Positions 26,701-47,140 are shown, counted from the stretch's first letter. The stretch is 64,000 bases of DNA from Octopus vulgaris (GCA_951406725.2 OX597830.1:67828001-67892000); one strand, 5' to 3'. The notes: generated by a model not told the origin, from the letters alone. Numbers and translations: made by a program.

Positions 26701-27214
26701 CCAGATGCTTGGTGTTCATTTTTGTGTAATATAGGTTATTTCTGATGTTTAAGTGCAGTCCCTTTCCTGTTGTGGAGAACGTATCAATTGAAGGTCTCAC
26801 AATGAAGAACTTTGTAGAAAGTTGTACAGAGTTGAAGTATGATCTGGTTCAAAAAAGGAAGACAACACCTTGACACACTTGTTTGATATATTATAGATTT
26901 GAGATTGCCAGGAGAGATACTCAGTAATTTAGAAGCTTAGAATGTGTGGTGACCTTAAGGATTTAGTTGTATGCAGTTTAAGACTAGAGGGGGTAAGTGG
27001 TTGGAGAATGTTTCTTTGTTATGAACATTATGTCATTTTTATTATACTGTTAAAATAAACAAGATTATAGAGGTTATGTTGAATTTATATAAAACATCTG
27101 TGTTGCAAACACCTGTGTGTGACAGTTTAAGAAGCAGTGAAGAATGGTATCACCTGTAAATTAAGCATTTCTAGCTTTTCTGTTTTAACATATGTGCCCC
27201 ATGTTAATAGGGTG

Positions 27215-27581
27215 CTAAGAGCACCATCCGAGCGTGATCATTGCCAGAGCGGCTAACTGTCTTCCATGCTCGCGGCACGTAAAAGGCACCATTCGAGTGT
27301 GATCGTTACCAGCATCACCTTACTGGCGCCTGTGCCGGTGGCATGTGTAAAAAGATTCGAGTGAGGTCATTGCCAGTACCGCCTGACTGGCCCCTGTGCC
27401 GGTGACACGTAAAAGCACCCACTACACTCTCGGAGTAGTTAGCGTTAGGAAGGGCATCAAGCAGTAGAAATTCTGCCAGATCAAGATTGGAGCCTGGTGT
27501 AGCCATCTGGTTCACCAGACCTCAGTCAAATCATCCAGCCCATGCTAGCATGGAAAGCGGACGTTAAACGATGATGATGAA
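27215..27581 (+). mobile_element. RTE-type 3'UTR/SINE with internal ~60-bp repeats and (GAT)n tail
   Basis: Homologous to 57690-58110; ends ggacgttaaacgatgatgatga. Confidence 0.75.
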
Positions 27582-27763
27582 CAATTCTAAATTTATTACA
27601 ATTAAGTCTCTCTATTGTTTGTAATATTTGGCAGATAGATTTGACGTCTACGTATACATATCTTGTATTGGTGAAAGAGTAATAGATTTCTATAGTAATG
27701 TTTTCTTAAGAGATGGGTTAGTTGTTGATTATGAGACAAACTGAATTAATTAACATGTGTGTA

Positions 27764-27816
<53 letters not shown>

Positions 27817-27822
27817 AGAAAG

Positions 27823-27947
<125 letters not shown>

Positions 27948-28044
27948 TATAAAATATTATTAGAGACAAAACCACTATGTTGCAAAACAAAAAAGGAAAG
28001 ACTTAATCAATACATAAAATTTTAATAAATAGTCAAAAAAACCG

Positions 28045-28087
28045 CCACTACAATTGTTTCTTGTCTTGATCGACAATCTTCAGGTGG
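28045..28087 (-). ncRNA. Minimal type-I hammerhead ribozyme motif (mirror copy)
   Basis: Exact reverse complement of 28134-28176. Confidence 0.8.
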
Positions 28088-28133
28088 ACTTCCAATAAGT
28101 CAGTTTCAAATTTGAAACTGACTTATTGGAAGT

Positions 28134-28176
28134 CCACCTGAAGATTGTCGATCAAGACAAGAAACAATTGTAGTGG
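28134..28176 (+). ncRNA. Minimal type-I hammerhead ribozyme motif
   Basis: CCAC-CTGAAGA-TTGTC gatcaa GACAA-GAAA-CAATTG-TA-GTGG: stem I, CUGANGA core, 5-bp stem II, GAAA, palindromic stem III and a GUA cleavage triplet (cut after 28172). Confidence 0.8.
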
Positions 28177-28362
28177 CGGTTTTTTTGACTATTTATTAAA
28201 ATTTTATGTACTGATTAAGTCTTTCCTTTTTTGTTTTGCAAAATAGTGGTTTTGTCTCTAATAATATTTTATAATATTTTACTATAAAATTGGATTTATT
28301 CCCTAATATTTATTATTTTATACATATATATATATATATGCATATATATATATATACATATC

Positions 28363-28397
<35 letters not shown>

Positions 28398-28400
28398 TTT

Positions 28401-28537
28401 TTTATTATATAGAAGGAGCTTCTACAGGACTAGTACTGTTTCATTCAAGAGAAATCTTCAGGAAGCTCTGAGCTTCCTGAAGATTTCTCTTGAATGAAAC
28501 AGTACTAGTCCTGTAGAAGCTCCTTCTATATAATAAA
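28401..28537. mobile_element. Perfect 137-bp palindrome: second Penelope-like pseudo-LTR family
   Basis: 68-bp arms around a single T at 28469. The right arm continues unpaired to ~28606. TA flanks. Confidence 0.78.
28471..28521 (+). ncRNA. Type-I hammerhead ribozyme motif (mirror copy on - strand at 28417-28467)
   Basis: AGCTTC-CTGAAGA-tTTC tctt GAAt-GAAA-CAG tactagtc CTG-TA-GAAGCT: 6-bp stem I, weak stem II, GUA triplet (cut after 28515). Confidence 0.65.
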
Positions 28538-28601
28538 TTAATTTTACTCTGCTATGTATTGAGTACCTTACTTACTGTGGTTAACCCCGTATCAACCGGG
28601 A

Positions 28602-28645
<44 letters not shown>

Positions 28646-28754
28646 TATAAATATATATACCTATATATATACATATATATAAATATATACCTATATATAT
28701 ACATATATATATATATACCTATACATATACATATATATATACATATATATATAC

Positions 28755-28909
<155 letters not shown>

Positions 28910-29100
28910 CATATATATATATACATATATATATATATACATATATATACATATATATATATACATATATATATACATATATATATACATATATATAAAT
29001 ATATATACCTATATATATACATATATATAAATATATACCTATATATATACATATATATATATACCTATATATATACATATATATATATACATATATATAC

Positions 29101-29160
<60 letters not shown>

Positions 29161-29247
29161 ATATACATATACATATATATATATACATATATATATATAC
29201 ATATATATATATATACATATATATATATACATATATATATGTATATA

Positions 29248-29317
<70 letters not shown>

Positions 29318-29351
29318 CATATATATATACATATATATATATACATATATA

Positions 29352-29497
<146 letters not shown>

Positions 29498-29500
29498 TAC

Positions 29501-29581
<81 letters not shown>

Positions 29582-29585
29582 CATG

Positions 29586-29617
<32 letters not shown>

Positions 29618-29640
29618 AGTATATATGTATAAGTATATAT

Positions 29641-31117
29641 GGATCTCTGCTTCACAAATGACATGGATCTCATCCATAATGTGAAAGTGACACCGACACT
29701 ACTCTCGGATCACAACATGATAGAGCTGACCATGTACGGGCCAAAAGAGAGCACGGACATGCAGCCTACAAGAAACCCTCAGAATCTTTCCAGCTTGAAC
29801 TACCATTAGGCAAACTGGAAACAAATTGAGAAAGAGATCCTCAAACAAAACTGGCCTAAATGTCTCTCCTCGCCAGACATCGACGTGAAACTTCAACAAT
29901 TCATGTCTGTAATGCAAGCCATATGCTACAAATGTGTCCCAGAGAGAAAGGCCACTGTACACAAGAACAAAATCCCCAGAGAGAGGAAAATTTTAATGAG
30001 ACGGCGTACAAAATTTTCAAATCGCCTAAACAAACAGATTGAAAGCAGTGAAAAGTCCCGCCTAAAAATAAAACTGTTGCAAATCGAAAAATGTCTGCAA
30101 CTCTCCCATGAAAAAGAAAGAGCAGACAAAGAAGCCTGGGCTATAGACAACATAAAATCTAACCCCAGAGCTTTCTACAGGTATGCCAAAGAAACAGCTA
30201 CGGTGCACTGTAGAATAGGGCCACTCCTTGAAAAGGATGGCACACTTACAGGAAAACCAATGAGGGTAAGTGAAATACTGAATGAGCAATTCAAGAGTGT
30301 TTTCACTCCACCCCTTGGGCATCTCCAAATCACCAATCCAACTGACTTTTTTACCACTGCAGATATAAAATCAGAGGCGGCGACGATAGATTACATCGAT
30401 ATAAAGGAAGACGATGTAATCAAGGCTATAGATGAAATGAAAACAGACTCAGCTACTGGCCCCGATGGATTTCCGGCAATCCTCCTAAAAGCATGTAAGA
30501 GAGTCCTAGCAAGACCACTGCAGTTCCTCTTTCAGAGCTTCCTTGCAGCTGGCAAACTTCCAAGAAAACTGAAGGAAGGTAAAATATGCCCCATTCATAA
30601 AGGAGGTAGCAGAGCGGAAGCCAAGAACTACAGACCTATCTCTCTGACCTCGCACATCAGCAAGGTCATGGAACGAATAGGCAGAAGGAAGCTGATCACC
30701 TTCCTTGAAGAGAATGACTTGCTGCCCGACACCCAACATGGTTTCCGACCAGAAAGAAGCTGTTTAACTCAGCTCCTACAACACTATGACTGGGTGCTGA
30801 ATCGGCTGCTCAACCACTCATATGTGGAAGTCATATATCTCGACTTTGCAAAGGCCTTTGATAAAGTCGATCATGGAATGATATGTCACAAACTGCGTGA
30901 TCTCAACATAGTTGGAAAACTAGGAGAATGGCTTCATGACTTTCTGAAAGATAGAAGTCAGGTGGTAGCAGCCAATGGGGCCACTTCCATTAACACGCAA
31001 ATAGTGAGCGGTGTTCCGCAGGGCACTGTTCTGGGACCACTACTGTTCATAATGGCCCTCTCAGACATGCCCTCAGCCACGCAGAGAGCCACGATCACAA
31101 GTTATGCAGATGATACA
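29641..31117 (+). mobile_element. CR1-group LINE family 1, copy A (truncated at both 5' and 3' ends)
   Basis: Near identity to 44665-46141. RT motifs [21 protein letters not shown] and YADD, then an abrupt TA-rich run. Confidence 0.95.
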
Positions 31118-31195
31118 TGTATGCATATATATATGTATGCATATATATATATATATATATGTATACATATATATATATATATATATGTATACATA

Positions 31196-31232
<37 letters not shown>

Positions 31233-31238
31233 GTATAC

Positions 31239-31280
<42 letters not shown>

Positions 31281-31282
<2 letters not shown>

Positions 31283-31598
31283 TTTGATACTTTGATACTT
31301 TGATAGGTTTCGGCCATTATTGGCCCAGGCCATGTCTAACTTAATAGCACCACCTGGTGAAGTCTTTCAAGTCAGAATTTGGGCACTATGGCCCACTCAA
31401 GTAGTGAGTTATTGTTTACAGAGACATATCCGGGTGTAGGGGGTTTATCCGGGATTTCTTGAAGTAATCTGTCCAAAGACTTCTTGAACCCTATAGGGTC
31501 AGTTTCTATTTTAATGTGTTTTGGTGTAATGTTAAAGAGAGCGGGGCCAATTGAGGTGAAATAATTGTGCCGTATTGTTGTTATGAGATGAGAGTGCG
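31281..31598 (-). mobile_element. CR1-group LINE family 3, 3' fragment (copy B) with (TATCAAAG)n tail
   Basis: C-terminal peptide [12 protein letters not shown]...[16 protein letters not shown]...NSLLEW parallels family 1 [12 protein letters not shown]...[12 protein letters not shown]...NSLMHQ. The 3' hairpin motif is present. Confidence 0.85.
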
Positions 31599-31694
31599 AT
31601 ATATATATATATGTATACATATATATATATATATGTATAAATATATATGTATACATATATATATATATATATGTATACATATATACATATATAC

Positions 31695-31726
<32 letters not shown>

Positions 31727-31736
31727 GTATGTATAC

Positions 31737-31768
<32 letters not shown>

Positions 31769-31770
31769 GT

Positions 31771-31830
<60 letters not shown>

Positions 31831-31831
31831 C

Positions 31832-32316
<485 letters not shown>

Positions 32317-32343
32317 TATATGTACATATATATATATATATAC

Positions 32344-32526
<183 letters not shown>

Positions 32527-32547
32527 AATATATACATATATATATAT

Positions 32548-32589
<42 letters not shown>

Positions 32590-32724
32590 TTAATAAGGGT
32601 GAGAGAAGTAGATACTAATTTAATAGTATATCTATTCAACACCAAGTGGCCTAGTGGTCGAAACCTTTTGGATTAACTAGTGCTGGAGTGAGCCATATAG
32701 TGACCACTCTCTTATATTTATTTT

Positions 32725-32945
<221 letters not shown>

Positions 32946-32962
32946 AATACATATACATATAT

Positions 32963-34307
32963 ACCAGGAAGAAGCTGCTTAACTCAGCTCCTACAACACT
33001 ATGACTGGGCGCTGAAACGACTGCTCAACCACTCATATGTGGAAGTGATATATCTTGACTTTGCAAAGGCCTTTGATAAAGTCGATCATGGAATGATATG
33101 TCACAAACTGCGTGATCTTGGCACAGTACGAAAATTGGGAGAATGGCTTCATGACTTTCTGAAGAATAGAAGTCAGGTGGTAGTAGCCAATGGGGCCACT
33201 TCCATTAACACGCAAATAGTGTGCGGTTTTCCGCAGGGCACTGTTTTGGGACCACTACTGTTCATAATGGCCCTCTCAGACATGCCCTCAGCCACGCAGA
33301 GAGCCACGATCACAAGTTATGCAGATGATACAAAAGTTTCACAGGCAATACAGAACCCTGAAGATACTAATCACCTGCAATGTGAGCTGGACAAAATATA
33401 CAAGTGGGCTGAAAAGAATAGCATGCAGTTCAATGCCGAAAAGTTTCAAGCTTTATGCTATCAACATGCAAAACTAAATGCAATACCCAATGAATACACT
33501 GGACCTGGAGGGATTGCAATCCCAGAGGCATAATCAGTGCGTGACCTGGGTATTTACATGAGTGATGACGCAACCTTTCGTGTACATGTTAATAAATTGG
33601 CAATGAAATGTAGACGGCTGGCCGGATGGATTCTTAGAACCTTTAAAACAAGAGAGCAAGAAACCATGATGGTCCTCTGGAGGACACTTGTCCTAAGCCA
33701 CTTTGACTATTGCCCTCAGCTATGGTCACCATCCAGTGTCAAGTTGATCACAGAACTTGAGGCGATCCAACGTAGCTACACGAAGAAGATAGCCTCTGTG
33801 CAGAATATAAGCTACTGGGAAAGACTCAAGAGATTAAAACTCTATTCCTTGGAGCGTAGGCGAGAAAGATATGCCATAATATACATCTGGAAGTTCTTGG
33901 AAGGACTTGTCCCAAACTTTGGCATTGAGAGTTACACAAATGCCAGAACTGGGCACCACAACGTGGTGCCAAGGACTCTAAATATGCCATCAAGATGTAG
34001 GACAAGATACTGTGATAGCCTGGGTTTCAGAGGCCCTCAGCTCTTCAATATCCTCCCGAAGAACCTGAGGGACCTGCATGGGGTGGATGCAGATGTCTTT
34101 AAAGTAGGACTGGATCTCTTCCTATCAGGTGTCCCAGATGAACCAACTTCACGGCAGGAGGTGCAGCTGCATCGAACTCTCTCATGCACCAAATGGCAGT
34201 TGCTAAAAAGCATTCGTGAAGTAAAATCATGTAGCAACATCAAATGGCGGTGCCCCAGCATGGCCACAGCTTATGAGCTGAAACTAGATAAAATAAAAAA
34301 AACAAAA

Positions 34308-34317
<10 letters not shown>
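32963..34317 (+). mobile_element. CR1-group LINE family 1, copy C (5'-truncated)
   Basis: RT to 3' end, premature TAA at 33531, small deletion near 34165, A-rich tail. Confidence 0.95.
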
Positions 34318-34405
<88 letters not shown>

Positions 34406-34446
34406 TATATGTATATGTATGTATATATATATGTATATATATATAT

Positions 34447-38045
<3,599 letters not shown>

Positions 38046-38080
38046 ATATATATACATATATGTACAATATATATATATAC

Positions 38081-38253
<173 letters not shown>

Positions 38254-38266
38254 CATATATATATAT

Positions 38267-40753
<2,487 letters not shown>

Positions 40754-40759
40754 CACACA

Positions 40760-41805
<1,046 letters not shown>

Positions 41806-42245
41806 CCGGTTCCGGCAGGGAAAGTCGTGTATCGCCTTTGCTCTGCTTAAAAAAGGCAGAAAGTGTGCATAAATCGGTGAAATAATCTACTGAAAGTCCA
41901 AATTCAACTCATAAAGTCCACTACAACACTTCGGTTACAAATATATTAATCAAAAACGTAATATATTTTGCCTGAAGCCAAATACAGTAATAATTTTTCA
42001 TTTCGCCGAAAACGCACATGCTGGAAAAACTCACTGAAGTAACTTATCTCCTACAAGAAGGAAAAAGAAACATCTCCTGGAAAATAATTCCGTAAAACTC
42101 AAAAAATCCAGACCACATCGTTGGATTAAGTATCACATTCATCTTCTATTTCATATTTTGTTTATTATCCTATTTTATCCCCCTAACTTAAGCCTACATC
42201 TCCTTTTAAAGTTACGAACGCCATTTCTGTTTACATCTCTCCTCT

Positions 42246-43130
42246 TTCAGATACTCTATCCTCTAATTAGCCTTAAGATTAAATAACGTTTTTTACCCAC
42301 ACTCTAATATTGTTAATATATTTTCAGATACTCTATCCTCTAATTAGCCTTAAGATTAAATAACGTTTTTTACCCACACTCTAATATTGTTAATATATTT
42401 TCAGATACTCTATCTTCTAATTAGCCTTAAGATTAAATAACGTTTTTACCCACACTCTAATATTGTTAATATTTTTTCAGATACTCTATCTTCTAAGATT
42501 AAATAACGTTTTTACCCACACTTTAATATTATTGATATATTTTCAGATACTCTATCTTCTAATTAGCCTTAATATATTTTCAGATACTCTATCCTCTAAT
42601 TAGCCTTAAGATTAAATAACGTTTTTACCCACACACTAATATTGTTAATATTTTTTCAGATACTCTATCTTCTAAGATTAAATAACGTTTTTACCCACAC
42701 TTTAATATTATTGATATATTTTTCAGATACTCTATCTGCTAATTAGCCTTAAGATTAAATAACGTTTTTACCCACACTCTAATATTGTTAATATTTTTTC
42801 AGATACTCTATCTTCTAAGATTAAATAACGTTTTTACCCACACTTTAATATTATTGATATATTTTCAGATACTCTATCTTCTAATTAGCCTTAAGATTAA
42901 ATAACGTTTTTATCCACACTTTAATATTGTTAATATATTTTCAAATACTCTATCTTCTAATTAGCCTTCAGATTAAATAAAGCTTTTACCCACACTTTAA
43001 TATTGTTACTATATTTTCAGATACTCTATCTTCTAATAAGCCTCAAGATTAAATAACGTTTTTACCCACAAACTTTAATATTGTTAATATATTTTCAAAT
43101 ACTCTATCTTCTAATTAGCCTTAATATCTT
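42246..43130 (+). repeat. 13-unit tandem monomer array in LINE 5'UTR (~76-bp long units, ~66-bp short units, one ~37-bp unit)
   Basis: Unit ttcagatactctatc(t/c)tctaattagccttaagattaaataacgtttttacccacact(c/t)taatattgttaatata starts at ~42246, 42323, 42400, 42476, 42542, 42579, 42655, 42722, 42798, 42864, 42940, 43016 and 43094. Confidence 0.95.
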
Positions 43131-43185
43131 CTTGTCTTCTCTCGAACATATTTAGATAGATAAACAAATAGACAGATTATCCAGC

Positions 43186-44004
43186 ATGTCCAGAGCCTGG
43201 ATACCTGACGAACTAGAGTTATTCGAACGAGCCTGGAAATGCGCCGACGGCGATAGCCCTAGCGAGGTGATTGCGGCTGCGTTGAAGAACAACGGCTACA
43301 AGAGGACAGCGGCTCAGATGGAGCGAAAGAGACGGGAATTCGTGCGCTCATATGCGCTTATACGGTCGCACATTGGTGCACTTGATGCCATCTTTGAGAA
43401 CGAGCGGGACAAAGATGGCAAGAATGGAGACGATGAAAGAAGTCACCCCCACCTGGTGGACGCCCGGGAGGAGGTTTTGAGTGAGAAACCTGCCCGGGAA
43501 GTGAACCCAGGTGCGAGTTCTCCAACCGGCAGCAAGGGCCATGGAGACGGAGAACCCGGTGAAGAGGTAGAGGGAGGAGGAAGAACTAAAAGAAGGACTG
43601 GAAGAGCTAAAGGAAAAGCTCAAGCAGGACCAAAGGGTGAAACAACCAGGAATAGAAGTGGAACCGCAAAAGATGGAAGCAAACAGCGCACACGGGTGTG
43701 TAGGTTCTACCTGAGAGGTTCCTGCTGGCATGGAAAGGAAGGTGCAGGCTGCCGCTTTGCACATCGGGGACCCTGCCACAGAGACACGAGGCAGATGGAC
43801 AAACCATCAACACAAGGAAAAGGGATGGACCACGCACCACCTGCCCCAAAGCGGAGGTACGCAGATGTTGTGCGTGCCACAAACCGCCAACATGATGTTG
43901 TCGAAAGGGCAGCTGCTGAGCAACAATCTTTTTTGTGCATGGCACAAAAGATTGTACAGCAGCTGACCTGGCTTCATCAAACCCAAGCCCGCAGGTGGGA
44001 TTAA
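43186..44004 (+). CDS. LINE ORF1 (272 aa): N-terminal Myb/SANT(trihelix)-like domain, basic linker, CCCH zinc finger
   Basis: Open ATG-TAA frame. W..DELELF..AW...VIAAALKNNGYKRTAAQMERK, and C-x7-C-x8-C-x3-H (CRFYLRGSCWHGKEGAGCRFAH). Confidence 0.8.
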   Translation: MSRAWIPDELELFERAWKCADGDSPSEVIAAALKNNGYKRTAAQMERKRREFVRSYALIRSHIGALDAIFENERDKDGKNGDDERSHPHLVDAREEVLSEKPAREVNPGASSPTGSKGHGDGEPGEEVEGGGRTKRRTGRAKGKAQAGPKGETTRNRSGTAKDGSKQRTRVCRFYLRGSCWHGKEGAGCRFAHRGPCHRDTRQMDKPSTQGKGMDHAPPAPKRRYADVVRATNRQHDVVERAAAEQQSFLCMAQKIVQQLTWLHQTQARRWD

Positions 44005-44042
44005 CCACTATATACAAGACCACCACAGCAAACAGACCCAGG

Positions 44043-47038
44043 ATGGACACCGCCGGCAACAACGTACACCTCACCTCGATGCTCCTACTGAACATCAGAG
44101 GGCTGAAAACACTCAGTAACAGGACAAAAATCCCGTTCCTGAGAGACTTTGTTGCATGCAATCAAGCCTTATGCATAGCACTTACGGAAACGCACCTGAA
44201 ACCGGACATAGCAGATGCGGAGTTACACATACCACAGTATGCTGTACTACGGACCGACAGAAAGAAAGGAGTCATGAAGGTGTTGCTATGTACATCCGTG
44301 AGGACCTCACACCCCAGGTCCTCTTGTCATACTCAAACTCGGTGTGTGACACACTAATTGTTCATATTAGGCAACTTGATGTAGTTGTGTGTGCTACATA
44401 TCGCCCTCTAGATGCCCCAAGCCATGTGGGCAAGTTTGAAGAATGCCTTATAAAAATAGAAGAAGTTCTAACCACATTAGAACAAGACATAAGTGTACTT
44501 CTTATGAGAAACTTCAATCTGCCCAATGTCAGATGGCCCGAGGGCCTTTCTCTCCCAGGAATGACAAGATGTGAACGAGGACAGGCGAGGTCCCTCCTGA
44601 ACCTCATCAACACCCTGTACATGGAGCAGGTAATACTCCAACCAACCAGGACAGGTAACACACTGGATCTCTGCTTCACAAATGACATGGATCTCATCCA
44701 TAATGTGAAAGTGACACCGACACTACTCTCGGATCACAACATGATAGAGCTGACCATGTACGGGCCAAAAGAGAGCACGGACATGCAGCCTACAAGAAAC
44801 CCTCAGAATCTTTCCAGCTTGAACTACCATAAGGCAAACTGGAAACAAATTGAGAAAGAGATCCTCAAACAAAACTGGCCTAAATGTCTCTCCTTGCCAG
44901 ACATCGACGTGAAACTTCAACAATTCATGTCTGTAATGCAAGCCATATGCTACAAATGTGTCCCAGAGAGAAAGGCCACTGTACACAAGAACAAAATCCC
45001 CAGAGAGAGGAAAATTTTAATGAGACGGCGTACAAAAATTTCAAATCGCCTAAACAAACAGATTGAAAGCAGTGAAAAGTCCCGCCTAAAAATAAAACTG
45101 TTGCAAATCGAAAAATGTCTGCAACTCTCCCATGAAAAAGAAAGAGCAGACAAAGAAGCCTGGGCTATAGACAACATAAAATCTAACCCCAGAGCTTTCT
45201 ACAGGTATGCCAAAGAAACAGCTACGGTGCACTGTAGAATAGGGCCACTCCTTGAAAAGGATGGCACACTTACAGGAAAACCAATGAGGGTAAGTGAAAT
45301 ACTGAATGAGCAATGAAAGAGTGTTTTCACTCCACCCCTTGGGCATCTCCAAATCACCAATCCAACTGACTTTTTTACCACTGCAGATATAGAATCAGAG
45401 GCGGCGACGATAGATTACATCAATATAAAGGAGAACGATGTAATCAAGGCTATAGATGAAATGAAAACAGACTCAGCTACTGGCCCCGATGGATTCCCGG
45501 CAATCCTCCTAAAAGCATGTAAGAGAGTCCTAGCAAGACCACTGCAGTTCCTCTTTCAGAGCTTCCTTGCAGCTGGCAAACTTCCAAGAAAACTGAAGGA
45601 AGGTAAAATATGCCCCATTCATAAAGGAGGTAGCAGAGCGGACGCCAAGAACTACAGACGTATCTCTCTCACCTCACACATCAGCAAGGTCATGGAACGA
45701 ATAGTCAGAAGGAAGCTGATCACCTTCCTTGAAGAGAATGACTTGCTGCCCGACACCCAACATGGTTTCCGACCAGGGAGAAGCTGTTTAACTCAGCTCC
45801 TACAACACTATGACTAGGTGCTGAAACGGCTGCTCAACCACTCAAATGTGGAAGTGATATATCTCGACTTTGCAAAGGCCTTTGATAAAGTCGATCATGG
45901 AATGATATGTCACATACTGCGTGATCTCAACATAGTTGGAAAACTGGGAGAATGGCTTCATGACTTTTTGAAAGATAGAAGTCAGGTGGTAGTAGCCAAT
46001 GGGGCCACTTCCATTAACACGCAAATAGTGAGCGGTGTTCCGCACGGCACTGTTCTGGGACCACTACTGTTCATAATGGCCCTCTCAGACATGCCCTCAG
46101 CCACGCAGAGAGCCACGATCACAAGTTATGCAGATGATACAAAAGTTTCACAGGCAATACAGAACCCCGAGGACACTAAACACCTGCAATGTGAGCTGGA
46201 CAAAATATACAAGTGGGCTGAAAAGAATAGCATGCAGTTCAATGCTGAAAAGTTTCAAGCTTTACACTATCAGCATGCAAAACTAAATGCAATACCCAAT
46301 GAATACACTGGACCCGGAGGAATAGCAATCCCAGAGGCACAATCAGTGCGTGACCTAGGTATTTACATGAGTGATGACGCGACCTTTCGTGTACATGTTA
46401 ATAAATTGGCAATGAAATGTAGACGCCTGGCCGGATGGATCCTCAGAACCTTTAGAACAAGAGAACAAGAAACCATGATGGTCCTCTGGAGGACACTTGT
46501 CCTAAGCCACTTTGACTACTGCTCTCAGTTATGGTCACCATCAAGTATCAAGTTGATCACAGAGCTCGAGGCGATCCAACGTAGCTACACGAAGAAGATA
46601 GCCTCTATGCAGAATGTAAGCTACTGGGAAAGACTCAAGAGATTAAAACTATATTCCCTGGAGCGTAGGCGGGAAAGATATGCCATAATATACATCTGGA
46701 AGATCCTGGAGGGACGTGTCCTAAACTTTGGCATCGAGAGTTACGCAAATGCCAGATATGGGCGCCACTGCGTGGAGCCTAGGACTCCAGACTTACCATC
46801 AAGATGTAGGACAAGATTCTGTGATAGCCTGGGCTTCCGAGGCCCACAGCTCTTCAATATCCTCCCGAAGAACCTGAGAGACCTGCATGGGGTGGATGCA
46901 GATGTCTTTAAAATGAAACTGAATCTCTTCCTGTCAGGTGTCCCAGATGAACCAACTTCAGGGCAGGAGGTGCAGATGAGGGCAGCTGCATCGAACTCTC
47001 TCATGCACCAAATGGCTGTTGCTAAAAAGCTTTCGTGA
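44043..47038 (+). pseudogene. LINE ORF2 (APE endonuclease + reverse transcriptase), disrupted
   Basis: LNIRGL, ALTETHL, LDLCF and SDH (APE); DFAKAFD and YADD (RT). One frameshift near 44262 and stops at 45314 (TGA) and 45815 (TAG), where other copies have TTC and TGG. Confidence 0.92.
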
Positions 47039-47140
47039 AGTAAAACCAAGTAGCAACACCAAATGGCGGTGCCCCAGCATGGCCACAGCTCATAAGCTGA
47101 AACTAGAATCAATCAATCAATCAATCAATCATATATACAC

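Larger units (their letters stand above)
27948..28273. mobile_element. Near-perfect 326-bp palindrome: inverted Penelope-like pseudo-LTR
   Basis: Centre CAGTTTCAAA|TTTGAAACTG at 28110/28111, arms ~163 bp with two mismatches seen, a hammerhead motif in each arm, TA flanks. Confidence 0.8.

Noticed and set aside
42246-43130. CRISPR-like array (also 61863-61994)
   Set aside because: Head-to-tail repeats without unique spacers, no cas genes, and a eukaryotic context.
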